A DNA stretch of 50,018 nt. Source: Fibrobacter sp. Lineage in GTDB: Bacteria > Fibrobacterota > Chitinivibrionia > Chitinivibrionales > Chitinispirillaceae. Below, one piece after another: positions 1 to 9,345 of the stretch. The notes beneath the pieces are model-generated. The model was not told the DNA's origin. It ran no database searches and worked only from the letters and a program-made list of their open reading frames with translations. Every line of letters starts with the position of its first letter. The first letter of the stretch is position 1. The translations under genes and the position numbers were made by a program. The stretch covers positions 1-50,018 of the forward strand of contig JAAYEB010000355.1 in assembly GCA_012728995.1 (NCBI GenBank), in the 5' to 3' direction.

Positions 1-410
1 AAAACAGTCCTAATTTAACCTTTAATACAATTGGAAGGCATATATCACATATGGCCTATACAAAAGTTTGCTCTGTCAAATCTCCCTGGTTATCTTTTCT
101 TAATCCGGGTGATCTACACGCTGTTGCAGTTTCACACGGTGAAGGACGGTTTGTTGCTCCACAAAACCTCATTGAGCAAATGTACAATAACGGCCAGATA
201 GCAACACAATACGTTGATGTCAATGGTAATTTAACTGTTGATTCCAACCTTAACGGCTCCTTCAGTGCCATTGAAGGAATAACCAGCCCAGATGGGAGAA
301 TATTCGGAAAAATGGGACATTCTGAACGAACAGGTAAATTTGTCGCACGTAACATTTTCGGAAACAAGGATCAAAAACTGTTTTATGCTGGTGTGAATTA
401 TTTCAAATAA
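1..410 (+). CDS. Phosphoribosylformylglycinamidine (FGAM) synthase glutamine-amidotransferase domain, C-terminal fragment (PurL C-terminus or PurQ). The ORF is open to the window start.
   Basis: The frame is open back to position 3. Motifs 'VAVSHGEGRF' and 'MGHSERT' resemble the FGAM-synthase GATase motifs ('AHGEGR', 'HPER'). Stop codon at 408-410. Confidence 0.5.
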   Translation, partial: NSPNLTFNTIGRHISHMAYTKVCSVKSPWLSFLNPGDLHAVAVSHGEGRFVAPQNLIEQMYNNGQIATQYVDVNGNLTVDSNLNGSFSAIEGITSPDGRIFGKMGHSERTGKFVARNIFGNKDQKLFYAGVNYFK

Positions 411-651
411 CTGTTTTGATCTGCAACAAATACACTGTTTAGACATTATTATAGTACGCTTATAACAAACTTAAAAAACCATTGTAGTTCGATAAAGATT
501 ACAATTACGGGCAACGTTAATAATGTTATCAATCGTAATTACCATTATGGTTTTCTCGATTGGTATTGAAATCTTTTTTCCCTTTTGTTATTTTACCTTT
601 CATTGAGACATTTCCCTTTGTTAATTACCATAGAGTATTTTCCGTCCGTTA

Positions 652-1545
652 ATGAAATATTTTCCTGTAATCTTTCTTGCAGTTGTTGCAACGAAATCTT
701 CTAAAGATTTGTCTGTTCATGAAAGCATGTCACAGAACAGCTCCAATTCTGTTAACAAGACCTGCAGTTTGCCCCTGTACCATAATAATTACAGCAGCAA
801 AATACCGGATTATTACCAGCGCGGCAGTGAATTTGGCAAATTACCAGACAACGGTGCAGCATACTGTGGCCCGGTTTCAATTTCCAACTCATTTGTTCAC
901 TTAGCCAGACAGGGTTTTGATAATATTATCAGTGTTCTTTGCGATTCAGACAAGGAGCAACATGAACTTATCAAACTATTGGGTTCATCCCGATATATTA
1001 ACACAGGTAAAGAGGGTTCAAGCCCGCAAGCCATGTGTGATGGTGTTTCCAGATTCCTTCAGGATCGTGGATACGATTCGGCAAGATTGGAATATTACGG
1101 ATGGCGCCAGGTTTCTTCAAAATTCAATACAGGAATCAGTGTGCCGGATTTAAATATCGTCAAAGCTGCTATTGTTAATGGTTATCCGGTATGGCTTAAT
1201 ATCGGCTGGTACAGATATTCCAAAAAAGGAAATAAGTTCAGAAGGTGCGGCGGACACTGGGTAACTCTGACCGGATATGGATTTAACAAGGGTAAACTAT
1301 CTGAAAATACACTTATTGTTAATGATCCGGATTCAAGATATAAGGGAAATGAGTATATTGATCTGGAAAGAATAAAATCGGGGGTTTTAACCAATAACTT
1401 CTCGAAATCTTCTGTAAACGCATCCGGATTTTACAGATGGAAACAGGGCTCCGGAATTTATGGTATAATTGACGGATTTATTATTCTGAAAATTGAAAAA
1501 CAGCCGTTTCTCTCATTCAATCTCCCATCCGTCAGTGTCTGGTAG
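652..1545 (+). CDS. Secreted papain-like / C39-like cysteine peptidase (putative)
   Basis: N-terminal signal peptide (MKYFPVIFLAVVATKSS). 'AAYCGPVSISN' is a candidate catalytic-Cys motif, and 'CGGHWVTLTGYGF' a candidate His motif of C39-like/BtrH-like peptidases. Confidence 0.4.
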   Translation: MKYFPVIFLAVVATKSSKDLSVHESMSQNSSNSVNKTCSLPLYHNNYSSKIPDYYQRGSEFGKLPDNGAAYCGPVSISNSFVHLARQGFDNIISVLCDSDKEQHELIKLLGSSRYINTGKEGSSPQAMCDGVSRFLQDRGYDSARLEYYGWRQVSSKFNTGISVPDLNIVKAAIVNGYPVWLNIGWYRYSKKGNKFRRCGGHWVTLTGYGFNKGKLSENTLIVNDPDSRYKGNEYIDLERIKSGVLTNNFSKSSVNASGFYRWKQGSGIYGIIDGFIILKIEKQPFLSFNLPSVSVW

Positions 1546-1702
1546 AAACGAAAAATACGCAAGCAGGGAGCTCTTTTGGAACAGTACAGGGATACCCTCG
1601 CAAAAAGGATATGGTCCGCGTGGGCAAAATGCGCCAAAAACAGTTCCTTACCGCGTATTTTTTTTATTGCGAGATTAACAAAATGATTTTTACAAATCGC
1701 CT

Positions 1703-2575
1703 TTATTTCTCGGTATTCATTATAAGTGGCAGACCATCTTTTCCACCTACGACTACTATTTTTGCATTATCTGAAGCTGCCAGTTTCTCTGTTGCTTCAA
1801 TACCTTTCCACTGAAGCAGTTCCTTATTCAGACCTTCGGAAACAATTTTCTGGAAATCTGCTATCCCCTGCCCCTCAATTCGTTTTCTGTCTGCTTCCAG
1901 AGTCTCTTTTTGTAACACAAACTGCATACGCTCGCTCTCCTGCTCAGCCCGAAGTTTTTCTTCGATTGCTTCAGAAACTTTTACCGGCAATTGGATATTA
2001 CGAAGCGGAACATTTTCGATATTTATTCCACGCGGTTCGACAACCTTCTTAAGCTCATCAGCAATACCCTGTGCCAGTTTTTCGCGTACAGATGTATACA
2101 ACGCTTTTGCTTCATAACCCGCTGTTACAGTTCTGATAACCGACCTGAACTGAGGAGCCAGTATTATATCGGAATACACAGGTCCTACTGTTTTGTAAAC
2201 ATCTGGAGCCTTTGAGGCATCAAGATGATACAGAACACTGACTTCAAGGCTGATTGTTAATCCCTCTTTTGTAGGTACAGTTGCAAGCTCCTTGATCTCC
2301 TGAGTTTTAACACTCATCTTTTCGACTCTTGCAAACGGATTTACAAGATTGATTCCAGGTTTCAGGGAGTTTTTTGAAACTGTTCCAAAAAAATCTACAA
2401 CACCCACGTGACCTGCAGGAACAACTACAACCGATTTGTAAAAAATCAGACCTATTGCACCTAACAGTATCAATACACCTACTGTTTTCTGATTCTGGAT
2501 CTGTTTGTTCTGCTGTTTACCGACAAGCATAATAATTCCAAGAATTAACATGCCAATTGCAATTAAAAAGGCCAT
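1703..2575 (-). CDS. SPFH/band-7 family membrane protein (HflC/prohibitin-like)
   Basis: N-terminal TM helix, then an SPFH core (VVVPAGHVGVVDFFG...), then a coiled-coil Ala/Glu-rich tail. Start chosen at 'MAFLIAIG', which has an upstream AAGGAGAA RBS. The longer ORF reaching 2635 is probably an over-extension. Confidence 0.7.
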   Translation of the reverse strand: MAFLIAIGMLILGIIMLVGKQQNKQIQNQKTVGVLILLGAIGLIFYKSVVVVPAGHVGVVDFFGTVSKNSLKPGINLVNPFARVEKMSVKTQEIKELATVPTKEGLTISLEVSVLYHLDASKAPDVYKTVGPVYSDIILAPQFRSVIRTVTAGYEAKALYTSVREKLAQGIADELKKVVEPRGINIENVPLRNIQLPVKVSEAIEEKLRAEQESERMQFVLQKETLEADRKRIEGQGIADFQKIVSEGLNKELLQWKGIEATEKLAASDNAKIVVVGGKDGLPLIMNTEK

Positions 2576-2942
2576 TTTTTCTCCTTTAAAATATGTTAAA
2601 AAAATTATACAATAATTTCTATCATTAAAAGACATCCATCAGAACAGAAACACAGAACTCAGTTCCCAGCCTGATTCGTTCAGTCTTCATTACAAAAACA
2701 ATATCGGTAAAAAAAACCGGATAAAGCATCATCCATTCTGACAAAACTGAAGAGTAAGTGTTTTACTTGCATTAGAAATATCAAAGTGATACAATAAGAC
2801 AGTCTGTAACTACATTAAAGTATATATAATGCTCAATGCGATTTGAAGTATCTATTTATTTAGTGCAATGATTCCAGGTAGTATCTGGCATGGAAATCGG
2901 AATTAATAATTACAGTATAGTCAGAATCCTGTATAGATCTAT

Positions 2943-4004
2943 ATGAGAGTTATTTTCATAACAAGTATCATTATTCATACTGTACTAAGTTTGTGCAATG
3001 CACAACAAAAGGTTGGCGGCGCTATAACTCAGGATACCAGATGGAGAGCTGAAAGCGGGCCATATAATGTAGTATCGGATCTGATAATTGAACGCAATGC
3101 ACGCCTTACAATCAACCCCGGAACACAAATAATTATTTCTACCCCAAACGATACCGATAGTTTGAAAGCCACCCAGGATAACAGACAATTAATTTCAATA
3201 AAGGTTTATGGAGTTTTGCAATGTATCGGACGAATGAACAAGCGGATCACAATTGCCCCCGCAACATCCGGAAACTTCAATACATGGCAAGGAATCATAC
3301 TTGATGGTACAAACGGAGATTTTACAGAAATTGCATTCACAGATATAGCAGGTGCATGCAATGGAGTTGAAATTTCTAAAAGTAATCCGCTGATCCGGAA
3401 TTGTATTATCGAATACAACCATATTGGAATATATTGTAAAAATCGGGGGAACAGCCGGATTTATAATAATGTTATTGTTTATAACAGGGCATCTGGAATA
3501 AGAAACGAGTTGTCGAATCCTGTTATATTTAATAATATTATTGCTCATAATCACAATAATGGAATTCAGAATGACAGTTATTCAAACATGGTGATTGAGT
3601 ATAATTGTATTTACGGTAATCTGGATGGAAATTTTTTTGACTGCAACCCTGAACTTGGTATTGAAACAAAAACCAACAAAAACAACGACCCGGTTGATAT
3701 AGCGTATAACATTTTCAAAGATCCTGTTTTTTCTGGTTCTGTATCCGATTCTATTGCAGCAGAGCAGGATGTAAGAATTCCCACGAATCTTTCAAAAGTT
3801 AAAGACACAGCTCTGGCAAAAATTATCCAGTCGGGAAAAACAGTAAAGCCTCTGAAAAAAACAGGACAATCTGGCAGATACACTCTTTCCGGATATTCCC
3901 CCTGTATTAACGCTGGTAATCCGTTAAAAAAATTCAATGATATGGATGGTTCGACAAATGACTGCGGAATTTATGGTGGTCTGGAGTTTTTCCGTGAATT
4001 TTAA
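2943..4004 (+). CDS. Secreted right-handed parallel beta-helix repeat protein (NosD/pectate-lyase-like fold)
   Basis: Signal peptide. Multiple PbH1-type repeats (IEYNHIGIYCKN..IYNNVIVYNRASGI..IFNNIIAHNHNNGIQN..IEYNCIYGN). Confidence 0.6.
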   Translation: MRVIFITSIIIHTVLSLCNAQQKVGGAITQDTRWRAESGPYNVVSDLIIERNARLTINPGTQIIISTPNDTDSLKATQDNRQLISIKVYGVLQCIGRMNKRITIAPATSGNFNTWQGIILDGTNGDFTEIAFTDIAGACNGVEISKSNPLIRNCIIEYNHIGIYCKNRGNSRIYNNVIVYNRASGIRNELSNPVIFNNIIAHNHNNGIQNDSYSNMVIEYNCIYGNLDGNFFDCNPELGIETKTNKNNDPVDIAYNIFKDPVFSGSVSDSIAAEQDVRIPTNLSKVKDTALAKIIQSGKTVKPLKKTGQSGRYTLSGYSPCINAGNPLKKFNDMDGSTNDCGIYGGLEFFREF

Positions 4005-4015
4005 AAAGGGAAAAA

Positions 4016-4047
4016 GCCCTGGCACAATAACCCGTGCCTGGGCTTTT
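4016..4047 (+). terminator. Rho-independent terminator-like hairpin (gccctggcac/gtgcctgggc, one mismatch) plus a TTTT run, downstream of the beta-helix gene
   Basis: Stem-loop and T-run read directly from the sequence. Confidence 0.4.
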
Positions 4048-4109
4048 GATATACCCCATCATCCTGATAACCATTCTGCATAATACAATCTTTATTTCAC
4101 CAGTATTAC

Positions 4110-5009
4110 TCATTTCGTTTCAGAAACTGGAACAGATCTTTCCTTTGTCATTACAAAGCTTTGAATTTTTTGTTCACAGACATCTTTAGCTATTTTCAAC
4201 AATTTTTCTACCCTGTGGAAAAGGTACTCCAACTCTTCTTTCTGGATTTTGTAATTCATGTCATACCGTGCTTCTGTGTAAGCGTGTTTAAGCCGTAAAA
4301 AGCAACGTTTCTGAAACTCATTTTGAATTGGAAATATAGTCAGGAACTGATGATCCTGATCAATTACAAGTTTACCAAGTTTTTCGATATCGTGAATCCT
4401 GGGTTTGTATTGGGTAAACGTAAGCAGTATTGCAGCATATGTTCTTTCGACGACCTGATGAAGTTCGAAAACTGCAATTCTGTATTGTTTTTTTGACATT
4501 GCATACTTATGCTGATCAAAATACCCCAAAGCACTGTCATACCAGTTGTTAAAATCCCGCTCTGCAATAGCTTTTCTCTCTGCAGGTGTGAGTTTTTTAC
4601 GTTCAGCAAATTTGAATGATCCACTGTCGTACAGTACAATTCCTTCTTTGACAATATCGGAGAAAAAATACTGTCCTTCTGACAGTTTTTTGTTTACTTC
4701 TGCTATTCCGTGAGCAATAATGCTTACGTCTGTTTTTATACTTTTGCTCTGATGAATGGTCTGCTCCAGTTTTTCCCATAATCTCATATTTGCAGTACCG
4801 TTCTTTTTAACAACAACCAGAATATCCATATCACTTTTATATTCATAAGTGATATGACCCTCTTTGTATTTGTCTTCAACCCAGTCGCCACGGGCATACG
4901 ACCCAAAAAGAATAATTTTTTCTGCGTTTACAGATTTTTTTATGATCGATGTAATCTCGGAAAGCTCCCGCCGCTTTTCTTCAGGAAGATGATTTAATCG
5001 TGTATCCAT
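4110..5009 (-). CDS. Fused minimal nucleotidyltransferase (MNT) and HEPN domain protein
   Basis: N-terminus carries the 'ILFGSYARGDW...SDMDILVV' Pol-beta NTase signature (GS..RG...D.D). The C-terminal helical region carries a 'RCFLRLKHAY' R-x6-H-x-Y HEPN-type motif. Confidence 0.6.
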   Translation of the reverse strand: MDTRLNHLPEEKRRELSEITSIIKKSVNAEKIILFGSYARGDWVEDKYKEGHITYEYKSDMDILVVVKKNGTANMRLWEKLEQTIHQSKSIKTDVSIIAHGIAEVNKKLSEGQYFFSDIVKEGIVLYDSGSFKFAERKKLTPAERKAIAERDFNNWYDSALGYFDQHKYAMSKKQYRIAVFELHQVVERTYAAILLTFTQYKPRIHDIEKLGKLVIDQDHQFLTIFPIQNEFQKRCFLRLKHAYTEARYDMNYKIQKEELEYLFHRVEKLLKIAKDVCEQKIQSFVMTKERSVPVSETK

Positions 5010-5096
5010 AATATAAATATAGTTCTTTCTATTCCTGATGTTTCAATTTGGGTTAATCCATAGTTTTACACTTTTAATATCAAACTACTGCTTTCA

Positions 5097-5480
5097 TCAA
5101 TTGCTTTTTAAACCAAGACTATCTACAATTTGAATCAGTCCTGAACAAAAATCACCATTAGTTTTGCCTATTACTGTATACCTGCAATATCTGTTTCTTA
5201 CAAATTCAGGATCTCCAGTAATAATTATTATCTTTACGTGAGAATATCTTTCAGAAACCATACCGGCAAACTCCAGCCCATTCATATATGGCATATCATA
5301 ATCTGTAATAATCAGATCGGGCGGACCTGCCTTATGTATCTTTTCCAAAGCTGAACATGCATTAGTATATGTCTCAATTGAAGAATATCCGGCAGTCCTG
5401 AGTGCAAATTCAGTCATTTCCAAAAATACAGGATAATCTTCAACTAACATGATTGTAAAACCCATCTTCCAATTTTCCAT
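5097..5480 (-). CDS. Stand-alone response-regulator receiver (CheY-like) domain protein
   Basis: 'IMLVEDYP...DLIITDYDMPYMNGLEF...KIIIITG' receiver fold with phospho-acceptor Asp context. AGGAG RBS 5 nt upstream of the ATG at 5480. No output domain. Confidence 0.7.
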   Translation of the reverse strand: MENWKMGFTIMLVEDYPVFLEMTEFALRTAGYSSIETYTNACSALEKIHKAGPPDLIITDYDMPYMNGLEFAGMVSERYSHVKIIIITGDPEFVRNRYCRYTVIGKTNGDFCSGLIQIVDSLGLKSN

Positions 5481-5898
5481 TTAACTCCTGAACTATTTGA
5501 AATAAAAAACCGGAAATTTTTACCAGGTTATCTCTAAAACATGATTTTTCGCCAAATTAGCTCCCCAATGCGATTAATTGGAATCATACATAGAGATAAC
5601 CATTAACCATCCATGGCAAAAAATTTGCATAAAATCCCTTTTGATCAATTATATTTAATACGGTTTTTATTTTTTTAGACAAAACCTCCTTTTATGGTTT
5701 CTTTTATGAAACCTGAGAATGTTTAACCTTATTTTATTGCTCCTTTTGGTAGTAATATACTCCATAAGGTGGTTTGTGTCAATACATTTTTTAAACTTAT
5801 TGCAATTAATTTTTTGCACCCTGTTTATCAATTTTGAAACCAGGATTTGAAAGTTTTTAATTGCTATAAAATCAGTTAATTAGAATTAGAGATTGTTA

Positions 5899-6246
5899 AT
5901 GGGTAAAACTTTAAGTGACATAGGCCACAAAATCAAGGTCCTCAGACAATTACGAGGTATGTCTCAGGCAGAACTTGCAAAAAGACTTGGAGTTTCACAA
6001 AAAATCATTTCTGCCTATGAACGAAACTACAGAACACCTTCTGCAGACAAAATTTCACACCTCGCAGAAACTCTTCAAACAACCGCAAATGAACTTTATG
6101 GAACATTCAATGATGACCAGTACGGCAAAGACCTCAAAAAAGTAACTATCTGGAGAATTGTTGAAAAACTGGAAATGCTTCCAGAAACCGCACAAAGGGA
6201 AATAATGCAGCATGTAAACATACTGCTTTCCAAAGAAAAAAAATAG
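5899..6246 (+). CDS. XRE-family (Cro/cI-type) HTH transcriptional regulator
   Basis: 'LRQLRGMSQAELAKRLGVSQKIISAYERN' is a canonical HTH_3. Start placed at the ATG at 5899; the ORF track begins at an in-frame TTG at 5893. Confidence 0.7.
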   Translation: MGKTLSDIGHKIKVLRQLRGMSQAELAKRLGVSQKIISAYERNYRTPSADKISHLAETLQTTANELYGTFNDDQYGKDLKKVTIWRIVEKLEMLPETAQREIMQHVNILLSKEKK

Positions 6247-6265
6247 ACAGCAACTTAACCGTCAA

Positions 6266-7633
6266 TTACTTAACCAGTTCATGAGCCAGTTTTATCTGGT
6301 TCAATACACTCTCTTTTGAAGTCCCACCCTCAATATTTCGGCGGTCGACTGCACCTCTCCATGAAAACAGTTCCAGAACATCATTTTCAAAAAGATCTGA
6401 AAACTTCCTGAATTCATCAAGCCCCATCGTATCAAGCTGTCTAGAGAATTCTATACAATATGCCACAATTTTCCCGATCACCTTATGACTCATACGAAAG
6501 GGCATCCCTTTTCTCACAAGATAATCCGCAAGGTCAGTCGCAAGAAGAAACGGATCAAGATCCTTCTGTATATTCTCAGTCTTGACTGCCAAAGTTTCAA
6601 TTACCCGGGAAAAAACATCCAGCACAAGACAAATCTGCTCAATACTGTCAAAAACCGGCTCCTTGTCTTCCTGAAGATCTTTATAATAAGTAAGACCAAC
6701 TCCTTTTAGTACTGTTGCAAATCTGGTGTAATTTCCCAAAAACCTTCCGCTTTTTCCCCTTATCAACTCTACTGAATCGGGATTTTTCTTTTGCGGCATC
6801 ATGCTCGATCCGGTTGACCAGGCATCATCAAGCTCAATAAAACCAAATTCACGTGAAGACCATATTATCAGATCCTCGGCATATCTACTTATATGAATGC
6901 CAATTGAAGTAATAACAGACAATGTTTCAAGAATAAAATCCCTCGATCCAACTGCATCTATACTGTTCTGTGAAACAGATCCAAATCCAAGTTCCCGGGC
7001 AATAGCAGTTCGGTCAACATTAAAACCGCTTCCAGCTATAGCTCCTGCACCCAATGGCATAATATCAGTATTTGTTACTGCATTATTTATCCGTTTCTTT
7101 TCCCGTTCCAGAAGAAAAAACAAAGATAACCAATAATGAGCCAAAAGAATCGGCTGTGCCTGTTGGAGATGCGTAAAACCAGGAATAATTATGTCGAGAT
7201 CCCTTTTTGCGCGTTCGACAAGCACTTTCTGAAGATTTACAACCAGGAAATTTATTCTTCCAAGGGACTTTTTTACATATAGCCTTATATCTGTAGCAAC
7301 CTGATCATTACGCGAACGTCCTGTATGAAGCCGTGCACCTGTTTCACCAATCCGTTCAATGAGAATCCGTTCAACAGCCATATGTATATCTTCATCACCA
7401 GGCAAAAAACTTATCTTGCCATTGTTATAATCATCAAGTATCTCTTCAAGCCCCTTTACAACCAGACTCAACTCTTTTTCGGAAAAGACACCAGCTTTCG
7501 ATAATGCGTGAGCCCAGGCAATACTGCCGTCTATATCCTCTTCTATCATTTTTTTATCAAAAGGAAGAGAATTATGAAACTGCTCCATCAATTTATCCGA
7601 CTGCTTACTGAACCTGCCATCCCACATCTTCAT
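6266..7633 (-). CDS. argH: Argininosuccinate lyase
   Basis: N-terminal 'MKMWDGRFS'. Fumarate-lyase signature 'GSSMMPQKKNPDSVELIRGK'. Start chosen at 7631-7633, which forms an ATGA overlap with the recJ stop. Confidence 0.9.
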   Translation of the reverse strand: MKMWDGRFSKQSDKLMEQFHNSLPFDKKMIEEDIDGSIAWAHALSKAGVFSEKELSLVVKGLEEILDDYNNGKISFLPGDEDIHMAVERILIERIGETGARLHTGRSRNDQVATDIRLYVKKSLGRINFLVVNLQKVLVERAKRDLDIIIPGFTHLQQAQPILLAHYWLSLFFLLEREKKRINNAVTNTDIMPLGAGAIAGSGFNVDRTAIARELGFGSVSQNSIDAVGSRDFILETLSVITSIGIHISRYAEDLIIWSSREFGFIELDDAWSTGSSMMPQKKNPDSVELIRGKSGRFLGNYTRFATVLKGVGLTYYKDLQEDKEPVFDSIEQICLVLDVFSRVIETLAVKTENIQKDLDPFLLATDLADYLVRKGMPFRMSHKVIGKIVAYCIEFSRQLDTMGLDEFRKFSDLFENDVLELFSWRGAVDRRNIEGGTSKESVLNQIKLAHELVK

Positions 7634-9345
7634 ACAGACATGCCTTTCACTTTCAATTGCAAAGATCTGGAACCGTTCCACTCATTTTCTTCCAGAGAAA
7701 AAGCCACAGAAAGAGACTCCGCATTACGAACCTCATCAAACCGCTCTCCAAAATTAAAGGCAATCGCATCCATTACAATACCTCCGCCTGTCACAGCCAT
7801 TTTAAGGTGATTATTTCCCACCTTGCGTGGAGAGTATCTATGTTGTAAATTCCGGCACATAAGGACCGGACGCATGTTCCCCGGTCCAAACGGTTCCATT
7901 TGTTTTAATATACGAAAAAATTTCGGTGTAATCTGCGGCAGTTCCACTTCTGCATCAGCCGTAATAACAGGCGTCAGATCATCCGGTTTCAAAACTGTTT
8001 TCACTACTTCATTAAACCGCCTGCGAAACTGATCCAGTTTATCACTTCTTACTTTCATACCGGCAGCAGCCGCATGCCCTCCAAATGACTCCAAAATATC
8101 TGAACACTTTTCAAGTGCACTTAAAAGATGCAATGCCGGTATGCTTCTTCCCGAACCACGCGCGAATCCATCACTACCAACAGAAAACAGTATTGAAGGA
8201 CGATGAAACCTCTCTACCATTTTTGAAGCCACAATTCCGATAACTCCAAGATGCCAGTTTTCATCACCCAAAACGAGCGAATAGTCGGATTCCGGACTAC
8301 AGTTCTGATACACCCACGATATTGCTTCCTGAGCCACACTGCTATCCAGTGCTCTTCTTTCAAGATTAGTATCACGCAACTCACGGGCATACTGTAAAGC
8401 AATTTCCTGCCGGTTTGTAAGAAGCAGTTCCACCCCACGCCCCGGATCTCCAAGCCGGCCGACAGCATTTATACATGGTGCCAACTGAAAAACAACCTGT
8501 GAAGTTGTTATTTTCTTTCCTGTCAAATTTTGCTGTGCAACCAGTTCTTTTATACCGACATTTGATGAATGGGCGAGTATATCGAACCCAAATTTTGTAA
8601 TAATCCTGTTTTCTCCGGTAAGTGCAACAATGTCAGCAGCAGTTCCCAATGCAACAAGATCAAGAAAAGGAAGCCACAACTCCTCTTTTAGCCCTGTGTT
8701 TATACCAAGTGCCTGACAAAGTTTTAAAGCAACCCCCACACCTGCAAGATTTTTATCTGGATAACTGCACCCGGAAATTTTCGGGTCCAGTATTGCAACC
8801 GCTGAAGGCAATTTTTCTTTGGGTTCATGATGATCAGTAATAATCATATCAACATTGAGTGATCCGGCATACTCTGTCTCAGATATGGACGTAATACCAC
8901 AATCCACAGAAATAATTAACGTAGCACCTTCATCAGCTATTTTCCGGATTCCGTCTCTGGAAATCCCGTATCCATCACTGAGTCGGTTTGGCAAATAATA
9001 ATCACATTGAGCCCCAAGCTTCTGCAACACCCTGATCATAAGTGCTGTAGAAGTTATTCCATCAACATCATAATCTCCGTATACTACTATTTTCTCCTTA
9101 TTTCTGATAGCAGAACAGATTCTGTTGACAGCAACCTCCATGTGCTTAAAGAGAAACGGATCGTGGAAATGGGACAACTGGGGTCTGAAAAATGTCTTGC
9201 ATGATTCAAATGTTGTATAATTTCGTCCTACAAGGATAGCAGCTATGCTGCTGGATATATTCAACTCTGAAGCAAGTTTCTCCACCATTCCGCTATCAGT
9301 TTCCCTTACAACTACCCGCTCCCGGGCAGATTCGAAATGGCTCAT
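7630..9345 (-). CDS. recJ: Single-stranded-DNA-specific exonuclease RecJ
   Basis: DHH motifs ('VVYGDYDVDGITS', 'ITDHHEP') and a DHHA1 region. The start ATG overlaps the metG TGA stop (ATGA at 9342-9345). Confidence 0.9.
   Translation of the reverse strand: MSHFESARERVVVRETDSGMVEKLASELNISSSIAAILVGRNYTTFESCKTFFRPQLSHFHDPFLFKHMEVAVNRICSAIRNKEKIVVYGDYDVDGITSTALMIRVLQKLGAQCDYYLPNRLSDGYGISRDGIRKIADEGATLIISVDCGITSISETEYAGSLNVDMIITDHHEPKEKLPSAVAILDPKISGCSYPDKNLAGVGVALKLCQALGINTGLKEELWLPFLDLVALGTAADIVALTGENRIITKFGFDILAHSSNVGIKELVAQQNLTGKKITTSQVVFQLAPCINAVGRLGDPGRGVELLLTNRQEIALQYARELRDTNLERRALDSSVAQEAISWVYQNCSPESDYSLVLGDENWHLGVIGIVASKMVERFHRPSILFSVGSDGFARGSGRSIPALHLLSALEKCSDILESFGGHAAAAGMKVRSDKLDQFRRRFNEVVKTVLKPDDLTPVITADAEVELPQITPKFFRILKQMEPFGPGNMRPVLMCRNLQHRYSPRKVGNNHLKMAVTGGGIVMDAIAFNFGERFDEVRNAESLSVAFSLEENEWNGSRSLQLKVKGMSV

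Noticed and set aside
2576-2635. N-terminal 20-aa extension of the SPFH gene (MSFNDRNYCIIFLTYFKGEK)
   Set aside because: AAGGAGAA lies inside this extension, exactly positioned for the downstream ATG (MAFLIAIG...).
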